NCBI GenBank assembly: GCA_043822925.1 | Contig: JBDRBF010000058.1 | Location: forward strand, 1-15,799 | Direction: 5' to 3' | DNA length: 15,799 bases | Source: a bacterium | GTDB taxonomy: Bacteria; Babelota; Babeliae; Babelales; RVW-14 | Program-made: the position numbers and the translations under genes | Shown here: positions 1 to 8,704 of the stretch, one piece after another | How the letters are laid out: the number at the start of each line of letters is the position of its first letter | How positions within the stretch are numbered: the stretch's first letter is position 1 | Notes under the pieces: model-generated | The model's input: only the letters and a program-made list of their open reading frames with translations | The model's database searches: none | What the model was told of the DNA's origin: nothing

Positions 1-47
1 GCTTGGCGAATATCAAGCACCATGGGGACCAGCTCTAGTCATGGTCT

Positions 48-866
48 TTACAGGCCACCAATAGCATTATAAATCCAGTCAGGAAGCAAATATATCAACC
101 AAGCAGCAAATTGCCAGCGCTTAGTAATATACGCAGTCTTCTTTTTCTCTTTAATCGCCTCATAAATCTGCTTGGCAGCTTCTTGAGCCGTTGCTATCCA
201 GTACGCATCCGGTGACTTATGCAGGTCTACCGCTTCAACTTCAACCCAACCAGGTATAATATCAGTAACATAAATTGGAATCTTTTTTTGAATCATCTGA
301 TTTCGAACGGCTTCAAGATAAATAGAAACAAAAGCTTTAGCCCCACTATAAACAGGATCGCGAGCGGTACCACGCAAGCCACTCGTCGAAGAAAAACCAA
401 CCAGATGTCCCGATTTTTGTTTTTCAAAAAAAGTAATTGCCGCATCTGACATAGTCCAAAAACCTATTAAATCAACCTCTATCGTTTTTTTATCAGCCTC
501 AAAGCATCGCTGCTGGTCAATTTTATCATTGGCTGCACTAATGCTAATAACCATTAAATCCAAACCGCCCATTTCAGATATCAACTCATGTAATTTTTGA
601 ATTGCTAATTCTGACTGAGTCACGTCTATCTGTTTTATATACGTTTTTGTTGGAATTTCTGCTTGCAGCGATTCAAGTAAATTTACCCGCCGCCCAGTCA
701 AACCAACGTCATAATCTTGGGCAAGCAATTTTGAAAGTTGCCTACCCATTCCAGAAGTTGCTCCGATTACGATCGCTTTTTTACGAATAATATTCTGCTC
801 AGGTTGGCAAAAACAAGACTGAAACCAAACACCCACAAATATAATTAATGCGATTAAAACACTCAT
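48..866 (-). CDS. Short-chain dehydrogenase/reductase (SDR) with N-terminal hydrophobic signal or anchor
   Basis: GATSGMG Rossmann motif, catalytic Ser region (FSSTSG) and YSGAK (YxxxK). ATG at 866 preferred over 893 because GAGGG lies just upstream. Confidence 0.9.
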   Translation of the reverse strand: MSVLIALIIFVGVWFQSCFCQPEQNIIRKKAIVIGATSGMGRQLSKLLAQDYDVGLTGRRVNLLESLQAEIPTKTYIKQIDVTQSELAIQKLHELISEMGGLDLMVISISAANDKIDQQRCFEADKKTIEVDLIGFWTMSDAAITFFEKQKSGHLVGFSSTSGLRGTARDPVYSGAKAFVSIYLEAVRNQMIQKKIPIYVTDIIPGWVEVEAVDLHKSPDAYWIATAQEAAKQIYEAIKEKKKTAYITKRWQFAAWLIYLLPDWIYNAIGGL

Positions 867-903
867 AACGCCCTCTTGCAAAAAAACAAACACAATCTAT
901 CGC

Positions 904-2187
904 TTAAAACCCTGCTTTAATTTTGCTAAAACAATTCAATAAATGGTCGACCTGTTCATCAGTATTTGCCGCAGTTAACGTAATGCGATGGCCTTCAGCC
1001 CCCTTTGCAACCATAGGATATGGGGAAACGGTTACCAGAATACCATCTTCAAACAACTGGTTAGCTGACGCTACCAAATCTGTATTGTTACCAATAACAA
1101 CATACACAATGGGAAACCCTGTTTGATTAAAAACTGTAAAACCAAAAGCTCTCAGGCCATTAATTGTTTTCTGAGTAAGATCCCACAATCTTTTGCGATA
1201 CAAATCTCCTCGTTTTTCGTTTATTTCTAACCCCTTAAGCAACGTCGCAAGTGACGCTGTTGGACAAGGGCCAGAAAGATCATACGGGGTGGCTACACCT
1301 TGGAGAAAATGACGCATCTTTTTTGAACAACCAATAAATGCAGCAAGTGACGAGTACGCTTTTGAGCACCCCCCAACATACAGAATATTTTCATAATCAA
1401 GCCCATAATGCTTCACAATACCGTTGCCCTTAAATCCAAGCGGCATCTCTTGTGTTGGTTTTTCGCCCACAATACCAAACCCGTGTGCATCGTCTATGTA
1501 CAAAATAGCGTCATACTTTTTAGCCAAATTAACCAACGTCGCAACATGAGCATAATCACCACTCATGCTATAAACACCATCAACCATAATAACTTTACGT
1601 GAATTCTCTTGATGTTTTATCAATAAAGCTTCAAGTGTTACAAAATCATCTTGCTTAAAACTTTCTAATTTAGCACCGCTATCGCGTGCAATTTTAGCCG
1701 CTTCATACATCGTCTCATGACCAGATTTATCCAACAACAAAACTCCCGTTTTTCCAACGAGCGCAGGCAAAACGCCAATAGAAATAAGCGTAACCGTTGG
1801 CAATATTAATGCGGCCTCTGTTCCAATAAGAGATGCAAGCTTTTCTTCAGCTTCTTGATAAATCAAAGGGCTGGCCACCAAACGGCACCAACTGGGGTGA
1901 ACACCCCATTTATTAATTTGGGAAGTAACATCTTCCTGCATTTCTGAGTCAAGATCGAGCCCTAAATAGTTGCACGAAGCAAAATCGTACACCCAATGCG
2001 TATCGCTCGTCCAAATCTTACGTCCCTCTATCTTGGTCGCAATCACATTATACTGAGACATCGCATTAAACATCTTAAAAATATGCGCGCGACGGCTTTC
2101 TTCTATGTTTACTTGTATAATTTTTTCTTCAGTACTCTGTACCAAGACATGTAGTGCCTGTTCTGAAAAATTTTCCTGATTTAACAT
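904..2187 (-). CDS. PLP-dependent alpha-oxoamine synthase (AONS/BioF-like, class II aminotransferase fold), SxtA4-like subfamily
   Basis: DFASCNYLGLD, DGVYSMSGD, DDAHGFG and SKAYSS (PLP lysine) motifs. AGGAGAG RBS at 2194-2200 on the minus strand. Confidence 0.92.
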   Translation of the reverse strand: MLNQENFSEQALHVLVQSTEEKIIQVNIEESRRAHIFKMFNAMSQYNVIATKIEGRKIWTSDTHWVYDFASCNYLGLDLDSEMQEDVTSQINKWGVHPSWCRLVASPLIYQEAEEKLASLIGTEAALILPTVTLISIGVLPALVGKTGVLLLDKSGHETMYEAAKIARDSGAKLESFKQDDFVTLEALLIKHQENSRKVIMVDGVYSMSGDYAHVATLVNLAKKYDAILYIDDAHGFGIVGEKPTQEMPLGFKGNGIVKHYGLDYENILYVGGCSKAYSSLAAFIGCSKKMRHFLQGVATPYDLSGPCPTASLATLLKGLEINEKRGDLYRKRLWDLTQKTINGLRAFGFTVFNQTGFPIVYVVIGNNTDLVASANQLFEDGILVTVSPYPMVAKGAEGHRITLTAANTDEQVDHLLNCFSKIKAGF

Positions 2188-2212
2188 TATTTTCTCTCCT
2201 ATTAACTTCTTA

Positions 2213-3025
2213 TTAAATATTTTTATTTTTTATAAAAAATTTTCTTTCACATAAACGCTGAAAACCTAATCGTTTAAACGTATTATTTGAATACGCATCT
2301 CGGTCACAATTTACTGCTATTTTAGAACAGCCCTGCTGCGCAGCAAATAACATACAAATTTGCCTCAGCCAGGTATAAATACCTTGTCGACGAAAGTCTG
2401 GGCTTGTCGCGCCTTCAGCAAAAAAAACCATATCTTGATTAAGCCCAATTAAGCCTATTGTTGCTGGAATATTATTATCTAAAGCTAAAGCGCATACGAA
2501 TTTAAGATCATGATAACGTGGATTCATGAGATTTTCTTTAAACTTTTCAAGCACCTGGCTATTTATGCCATTAACTTCAGCATCAAGCTTTAAAAATTGC
2601 TTTAATGCTCGCGAATTTGTCATAGGGTAAAATAAAAGACATTCCAGTTCTGGCTTTTGAGCCTGGAAAATTTTAATTTTTTCTGAAAGCTCTTGAAGTA
2701 CCTGTTTTTGAGTACAATCAAATGTATACCAATTTTCTTGCTCTTCTTTTACTTCAGCATACCCACGCATTATTAATATTTTTTCTAAATCTTGCGGGCT
2801 TTCTGGATCAAGATAAATCGCTGGATTTATCTTTTGTTTTTTAAAATAATTTTCTATATCGTCAAGAATCGCACCATCTATCGTATTTAATGCATGGGCG
2901 CAATTAAAATATAATCTATCAGCATTCTTAAGATGCGAAATTTGATACTCTTTGCTATCAACCAATTCATCATAATAAAGAGCATGCCAAAATTTGTTTG
3001 ACGCACGAAATAAATCAGACAACAT
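2213..3025 (-). CDS. GNAT-family N-acyltransferase
   Basis: C-terminal acyl-CoA-binding motif A (ATSPDFRRQGIY) and motif B (FKRLGF). ATG at 3025 has a GGGGAG RBS and overlaps the upstream gene end by 11 nt. Confidence 0.85.
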   Translation of the reverse strand: MLSDLFRASNKFWHALYYDELVDSKEYQISHLKNADRLYFNCAHALNTIDGAILDDIENYFKKQKINPAIYLDPESPQDLEKILIMRGYAEVKEEQENWYTFDCTQKQVLQELSEKIKIFQAQKPELECLLFYPMTNSRALKQFLKLDAEVNGINSQVLEKFKENLMNPRYHDLKFVCALALDNNIPATIGLIGLNQDMVFFAEGATSPDFRRQGIYTWLRQICMLFAAQQGCSKIAVNCDRDAYSNNTFKRLGFQRLCERKFFIKNKNI

Positions 3026-4622
3026 TCGAGCTCCCCTTCTGTTTAATGACATCAGCAAGCATTACCCGGTCAATCTTACCAGATGACGTCTTTGGCAACA
3101 CAGGATGCTGTAAAAAACCAAACGGAATCATATAATTTGGAATCTTTTCTTTCAAAAACTCAGTTAACTCATACGTGCTAATATCTGTATCACGTAACGC
3201 AGAATAAAAACAATAAAGCCTGTTCCCATATTTCTCATCAGGCAACGCGACAACACAAAATTCATCTATGCCTTTAAATTGCGCAAGCGCACTTTCTATC
3301 TCACCAAGCTCTATGCGATACCCACATACTTTTATCATGTGATCTTTTCGGCCCTTATAGTGCAAAACCCCCGCAAGATCGCGATATCCATAATCACCGG
3401 TGCGCCAGAATTTTGCAGAATAACTATGAAATGGGCTCTGCACAAAACATGCATCTGTTTTTTCTTGCATACCTAAGTACCCAAGCGTTACGGTTCCCCC
3501 ACGGCACCATAATTCACCATACTCATGTGGCTCACAAATCCGTGTACCATCTTCAGAAACAACAAGTATCTCTGTGTCATCAACTTCTGTCCCAAGAGGG
3601 ATCGACGTCATATCTTCAGGAATCTGCCCAATCCAATAACACGTTATAATATTTGTCTCAGTTGGCCCATAAATATTGGCGATTTTGGTATTAGGTAAAA
3701 TTTCTTGGAGCATACGCAATTGTGGGACCGGAAACGGCTCACCTGCGTACATGATTGTTCGTAAACACAATTTTTTATCGCGCAAATTGCCCTTATTCAT
3801 ACAAACGATATAGGTCGATGGCGTCGTGTATAAAATAGTTGCTCTTTGAGATTCTATAAGATCAACATATGCTTCGTGTTTTTTATCACCTTCTCGCTTA
3901 CTATTCCAATCATAACAAACAAGCTTTGCGCCCGCTTTAAACGTATTAAAAACATCAAAAACAGATAAATCAAATTTAAACGCAGCCCGTGACATCACAA
4001 CATCTGAACTCGTTAACTGAAATTCTTTGTGCATCCAATCAACAAACGTGCGCGCATTTCTGTGAGTAAGCATGATCCCCTTGGGGATACCCGTAGACCC
4101 AGAACTATGCAACACATACACTAAATCGTCACTCACCTGATTTATGAGCGCAGGCTCTGTATCATCTTCTTGTAATACTTGTTCAAATTTTATTATATTA
4201 TCAGGAACTTCACCGGCATAAGAATCTAAAAAAATTATCGTCTTCAAGCTCGAAATAAACAAAAGCTCTTTATATTTCTCATAAAATACTGGATCTATAA
4301 CAAGACAGTCCATACTTGTATTTGCAAGAATAAGCTTAAGTCGTTCGATAGGTGAATATTCATCAAGAGGGACATACGCACCGCCTATTTTAATAGCGCC
4401 CAAAATAGCCGCGATACTATTAATATGCACGGTCGATAGCACACCAACATATGGGTTTCGTCTTATATCTTGTTTATTTTTTTTAAATATTTGGGCGAAT
4501 CTATTTGATAAAGTATTAAGCTCTTCATACGTAACAGAACGCTTGTTTTCAAGATAAATAGCTTCATTCTTTGGATATTTTTTTACAGATTCTAAAAAAA
4601 CATCATGCAGTAAATATCTCAT
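3015..4622 (-). CDS. Stand-alone amino acid adenylation enzyme (NRPS A-domain; DltA/PltF/RedM-like)
   Basis: Core motifs: TYEEL (A1), GGAYVPLD (A2), YVLHSSGSTGIPKG (A3), FDLS (A4), NIYGPTE (A5), GELWCRG (A6), RTGD (A7), GRKDHMIKVCGYRIELGEIE (A8), LPKTSSGKIDR (A10). No C or PCP domain. Confidence 0.93.
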   Translation of the reverse strand: MRYLLHDVFLESVKKYPKNEAIYLENKRSVTYEELNTLSNRFAQIFKKNKQDIRRNPYVGVLSTVHINSIAAILGAIKIGGAYVPLDEYSPIERLKLILANTSMDCLVIDPVFYEKYKELLFISSLKTIIFLDSYAGEVPDNIIKFEQVLQEDDTEPALINQVSDDLVYVLHSSGSTGIPKGIMLTHRNARTFVDWMHKEFQLTSSDVVMSRAAFKFDLSVFDVFNTFKAGAKLVCYDWNSKREGDKKHEAYVDLIESQRATILYTTPSTYIVCMNKGNLRDKKLCLRTIMYAGEPFPVPQLRMLQEILPNTKIANIYGPTETNIITCYWIGQIPEDMTSIPLGTEVDDTEILVVSEDGTRICEPHEYGELWCRGGTVTLGYLGMQEKTDACFVQSPFHSYSAKFWRTGDYGYRDLAGVLHYKGRKDHMIKVCGYRIELGEIESALAQFKGIDEFCVVALPDEKYGNRLYCFYSALRDTDISTYELTEFLKEKIPNYMIPFGFLQHPVLPKTSSGKIDRVMLADVIKQKGSSNVV

Positions 4623-4684
4623 ACGCTCTCCATAGCAAAATAAAAAAATTTATATATTTCACGCGCACCGTATCATGCACAAAA

Positions 4685-5344
4685 TCAGGTGTAAACTATA
4701 ATTGTTTTTACAACTTTTCCACAAAACTGTTCTGCTCTCTTAAAAAATTTATTATTTTTGTAATCGATATCACCTGTATCAAGTAACGGCCTTCTGAATA
4801 CTTGGGCATCTTTACCGTAAACAAAATCAAAATAATTAAAAATAAGTTCTTCGTTTTCTTTTGTATTATTCCAATACGAAATAAATAAAACATCACCTTT
4901 TCTTATAACGTTATTAATAGCTACACCAAAGTCTTTGATATATGAAACCACGTTAAACGTAAAAACATATAACGAATTACCAACAGGAACTTCATGCTTT
5001 TCTAATGCTTCGAGCGGCTTATTAAAAATCTTAATTTTTTCATCATGAGCAATTAAACTTCGCATAGAATCATTTAAAAACTGATCAGCTATCGGGTCAA
5101 CAGCAACATAACGCCTTGCATGCTCATACCCCAACGATAAATGCAATAATGGGCCAGCTCCCACAACGATAAAATTCATGTCCTGCATAGAAGTATGATG
5201 CGCAACAAAATTATGTAATAATTGTTCTTCTTCTTTTAAATATTCATGAGTATACCCGACTGAATCAGGACAAAGCATTTTATAAAAAAACGAACGCTCT
5301 CTCATTTCATCATATTCTTTTAAAAGTTCTACATTCATGGTCAT
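4685..5344 (-). CDS. Putative SAM-dependent Rossmann-fold protein (methyltransferase-like)
   Basis: FIVVGAGP glycine loop followed by YVAVDP acidic strand-2 motif, then FTFNVVSYI and a KGD turn. ATG at 5344 has GGGAGG about 10 nt upstream, so it is preferred over 5422. Confidence 0.6.
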   Translation of the reverse strand: MTMNVELLKEYDEMRERSFFYKMLCPDSVGYTHEYLKEEEQLLHNFVAHHTSMQDMNFIVVGAGPLLHLSLGYEHARRYVAVDPIADQFLNDSMRSLIAHDEKIKIFNKPLEALEKHEVPVGNSLYVFTFNVVSYIKDFGVAINNVIRKGDVLFISYWNNTKENEELIFNYFDFVYGKDAQVFRRPLLDTGDIDYKNNKFFKRAEQFCGKVVKTIIVYT

Positions 5345-5615
5345 GAATATAATACCTCCCAATCCAAAAAATAAAGCTATCAATAACCGTTTTACACGAA
5401 CCAAATCATACAAAAAAAGCATTCTTTTTTTCTAGAAAACTAAATACTTCAAACAAATTATGCCATTTTAACGGGGCTTTTGAACCATAAAAAAATTCAC
5501 AATCTTTAACACACGAAAACTCCCGTTAAGCCCAATCAATACACGCTGTAACAAGCTTCGCTCGGCAACAGACTACTTGTTACTACCTGTAATCAGTTCA
5601 GCAAAAAAGCTCAAT

Positions 5616-5644
5616 TTGATTTTTATTTTTTCTATGCTTACACT
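5616..5644 (+). promoter_or_regulatory. Putative sigma70 promoter for the 5723 methyltransferase gene
   Basis: TTGATT (5616-5621), 17-nt spacer, TACACT (5639-5644). GAGGGA RBS precedes ATG 5723. Confidence 0.45.
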
Positions 5645-5722
5645 ACCCGAACCAAAGACCTGTTAACCCAATACGCATAACGCATTTAAAACTATCGTAC
5701 TTTATAAAACCGAGGGAACCCC

Positions 5723-6820
5723 ATGAAGTTTTATACCAATCTTTTTATTTTCTCATTACTCTTATTACTTAACATTCAAACACACGCAACAACCTCCATA
5801 AACAATTTGCAAAACCTATCAGAAGAACAATCAAAAACGTGTATAAATTTTTTTAATGCCTTTAAAAACACACAAGCCAAAAAGTTTGTAAAACAGATAA
5901 TACGTGAAAACTATTCTGCAGGGACCTGTAATTATCATCCCCAAAAAAACAACTTAGATTCTGATTCTATTAATTCGAAATGCGAAACCTTCGTTAACAC
6001 TCTTTTTTCAGAACTCACAACAATTCAAAATACCCCTGAAAAACTGTTCCCGCTCATGCAAAAAATGAGCCGCAAGACAATACCTCAAAATCCTATCTGG
6101 TTCAAAGAATTATCCCAAGCATATGAACATTATAAGCGCACATACAGAGCACAGATGGACAATGCCATTCTTTCTCCTTTTATTGCCCAAACATCTTCGC
6201 TCGTAGATATCGGCTGTGGTGGCGGCGACTTTGTTGCGTTATTAAAACAAACAAACACACAATTACAAAAAGTTGCTGGTATTGACATTTTAGACTGGAG
6301 AACTCCCGGGCTAGACATTGATTATCATGTTGTCGATTTTTCAAAAGAAGGCGCAAAATCACCTGCTCAGTATGATACCGGCCTACTCATAACCGTATTA
6401 CACCATGTCTCAGAAAATAGAGACAACATTAAGTTATTTTTAAATAATGCAAAAACAGCTGTCTCAAAAAGATTAATTGTTCTGGAAGATGTTATCGTTC
6501 AAGAACAAGATCTTGCCCATCCAAAAGTATCTCAGGCCCAAGCTTTAAACAAAAAACTAACACAGCCACATTTTTCAACATTTTTGAAATTTGATCAAGA
6601 AACACAAAAAGCCGTAATATCACTGATTGACCTGCTTGCTAATTCACTATCTGTTGGAATTCCAGAAATGCCTTTTCCCTTTGGCTTCAAACCAATAAGC
6701 GAATGGGTAAAAATTTTTAAAGAATGTAATTTTGAAATAGAACACATCGAAATCTTAGGTTTTATCGATAAAAAATTTAATCAAACAAGCCAAGCTATTT
6801 TTGTTTTAAATATATTGTAA
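5723..6820 (+). CDS. Class I SAM-dependent methyltransferase with N-terminal signal peptide
   Basis: LVDIGCGGGD motif I, AGIDI motif II, YDTGLLITVLHHV motif IV, LIVLED. Sec-type N-terminus MKFYTNLFIFSLLLLLNIQTHA. Confidence 0.85.
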   Translation: MKFYTNLFIFSLLLLLNIQTHATTSINNLQNLSEEQSKTCINFFNAFKNTQAKKFVKQIIRENYSAGTCNYHPQKNNLDSDSINSKCETFVNTLFSELTTIQNTPEKLFPLMQKMSRKTIPQNPIWFKELSQAYEHYKRTYRAQMDNAILSPFIAQTSSLVDIGCGGGDFVALLKQTNTQLQKVAGIDILDWRTPGLDIDYHVVDFSKEGAKSPAQYDTGLLITVLHHVSENRDNIKLFLNNAKTAVSKRLIVLEDVIVQEQDLAHPKVSQAQALNKKLTQPHFSTFLKFDQETQKAVISLIDLLANSLSVGIPEMPFPFGFKPISEWVKIFKECNFEIEHIEILGFIDKKFNQTSQAIFVLNIL

Positions 6821-6861
6821 AAACTATTTTCAAAAAAACTTAACGTAAAAATGAAAAAAAT

Positions 6862-7857
6862 TTACCTTAAAGCGGGCTTATACTCGAGCTCATAGCCCTT
6901 AAAAAAAACTAACTCTTCGGTAAATATGTGGGATAATGCATCTTTACAACCACGATTTAAGTAAATCTTTTTATTCCAGCCTTCTCCTCCCGCAATATAC
7001 ATTAAATCGTTAATTTTAAGATTATACCGAGGGGCAATGGGTAGCGCGATTTTTTTTGTATCTTTTTTTGTAAATATTGTCTCAAGCGCATGGACATAGT
7101 TGTTTAATCTTGCATTTTTTTCTTCTTTTATACCAGGAACAAGCGCAACATAAAGCACCATTATAGGTACCGGACAGGCTGGAACCGTTCCATCTGCGTT
7201 AAAATAATTATACCCACGCATATATTTTTTTGTTACCTTAAAACCAGTAATAAAATCAAATCGATCTTCTGAAAACATTTGTATAAAAATTCTGGTAACA
7301 CTATCACAATACTCAGGCTTAACTTGAATATGTATTTTATAGCGACATGCTAGCCCATCAATAATTTCCTGCCGAGCCAGTTTTTGTTGGTCCAGTGCAA
7401 GCTTTCCAAACACGTCAATCAGGCCATCAAATGTCCCTGCTATAGGCGCAAGCATTTTTAATTCGTCTGCCAATAACTCTTGAACTAACTTCTTTTGCTG
7501 AGCTGGTTCAGCAATTAACACATGATAATACGGATTACAAATACAACCAGAATAGCCCGCAAAAGAATATACGGAATCAGGAAAAAACTTAGATTTTTTA
7601 AAAGCAGGAACAAATCTATCCTCGTAAGCACCAATACGGTCAAAGTAAAACCACTTGGCTGATTCTCTATATTTAAAGCACCCCGTTTTATCTAAACATT
7701 CTTTAAATATGTTGGTCAATTTTTTCTCGCTCGTTTTCGTGCGAGATACCTCTGGCGTAATTTTAATCGCCCCACATAACGGCGCATGGCACACAAGTGC
7801 CATAACTAAAACAAAACAAAAAACTATATTTTTTATATTTTTATTTTTCACAAACAA
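6862..7857 (-). CDS. Secreted hypothetical protein with phosphothreonine-lyase-like (SpvC/OspF, LanL/LanKC lyase) motifs
   Basis: Long ORF with signal peptide and ordered motifs YKIHIQV, FSED, FKVT, VLYV. Overlaps the end of the upstream bla gene by 17 nt. The CDS is confident, the function is tentative. Confidence 0.6.
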   Translation of the reverse strand: MFVKNKNIKNIVFCFVLVMALVCHAPLCGAIKITPEVSRTKTSEKKLTNIFKECLDKTGCFKYRESAKWFYFDRIGAYEDRFVPAFKKSKFFPDSVYSFAGYSGCICNPYYHVLIAEPAQQKKLVQELLADELKMLAPIAGTFDGLIDVFGKLALDQQKLARQEIIDGLACRYKIHIQVKPEYCDSVTRIFIQMFSEDRFDFITGFKVTKKYMRGYNYFNADGTVPACPVPIMVLYVALVPGIKEEKNARLNNYVHALETIFTKKDTKKIALPIAPRYNLKINDLMYIAGGEGWNKKIYLNRGCKDALSHIFTEELVFFKGYELEYKPALR

Positions 7858-8656
7858 CTTTCAATTTATTTAAAGCAAACTCTTTGGCAAGCTGGCTATT
7901 CACCCGATTTTTATCAATATCGCCATATATCAAACAAACAAAAATAAGCGTTTTTTGTTCTTGCGTAACCCAGCCTACATACCAGGCAACAGATTTTAGC
8001 TCACCGTCAAAAATCCCAGCACCCGTTTTGCCGTATAACCTCCAGCCATTATCCAACAGACCAACAAACAAAAGCTTTTGCGTAAGCTCATAAGCTTGGC
8101 AAGATACCGGCAAATTAAAATTCAATAGTTTTGCTATAAATTCAATTTGCTCTGTGGGCGAAATTTTCAGGCTCGAGCACAACCAAGCTCTGTTCAAGCC
8201 ATTATTTTGCCCAAGCTCTCCAGAAACATCACCGTTACCGTAATTAAAATCACGCACATATTTTTCAAACTTTTGCATACCCAAACGTGCCGTTATTTCA
8301 CACGAATACCAAATACATGAATTTTTTATCCATAATTGCGGCGTATATGCCTGTCTCCAGAATTCAAACTCAGCGTTATATTCTTGCTTGTACGGCAATT
8401 CCGGCTCACGCTCGTTTTTCAATATTCCAGCATCACAACCCATTAAGCTTAATGCTATCTTAAACGTTGAACACGGGGTTTGCCGCGTATCACAATCGCC
8501 CTCTTTTGCAATTATATCTCCAGACACGATATCTTTTACGATAAAGCACATCGAGCTAGGCATTACGCTTTTTTGCGCATTATCTTGCCAAAAGCAGGCG
8601 CTCAAACAAATTAATAAACTTATACACGCACCAAATAATATAGAGCGTAAAGTCAT
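7841..8656 (-). CDS. blaOXA: Class D (OXA-type) beta-lactamase family protein, possible lipoprotein
   Basis: PCSTFK (SxxK), SCIW (SxV-like), YGN, AWLCSSLKISP, KTG and WYVGWV motifs. LSAC lipobox-like signal. Confidence 0.9.
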   Translation of the reverse strand: MTLRSILFGACISLLICLSACFWQDNAQKSVMPSSMCFIVKDIVSGDIIAKEGDCDTRQTPCSTFKIALSLMGCDAGILKNEREPELPYKQEYNAEFEFWRQAYTPQLWIKNSCIWYSCEITARLGMQKFEKYVRDFNYGNGDVSGELGQNNGLNRAWLCSSLKISPTEQIEFIAKLLNFNLPVSCQAYELTQKLLFVGLLDNGWRLYGKTGAGIFDGELKSVAWYVGWVTQEQKTLIFVCLIYGDIDKNRVNSQLAKEFALNKLKVVCEK

Positions 8657-8676
8657 AACATCACCGCTGCCCCTTT

Positions 8677-8704
8677 GTCATCCCAGACTTGATCTGGGAT
8701 CCAG
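8677..8704. repeat. REP/RPE-like palindromic element (single copy in window)
   Basis: GTC-ATCCCAGA-CTTGA-TCTGGGAT-CCAG: perfect 8-bp stem with a 5-nt loop and the GTCAT...ATCCAG flanks typical of dispersed bacterial palindromic repeats. Confidence 0.65.

Noticed and set aside
2-64. Possible 3' end of a convergent + strand gene (LGEYQAPWGPALVMVFTGHQ*)
   Set aside because: Only 20 codons at the window edge, which is not enough to support a call.
904-2187. Biotin synthesis gene bioF, or a saxitoxin gene cluster
   Set aside because: No other bio or sxt genes are in the window. The context is an A-domain/GNAT/SDR operon, so only family-level similarity is claimed.
3015-4622. dltA of a teichoic-acid D-alanylation operon
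   Set aside because: No dltB (MBOAT), dltC carrier or dltD nearby, and the pocket residues look more like proline-type adenylases.
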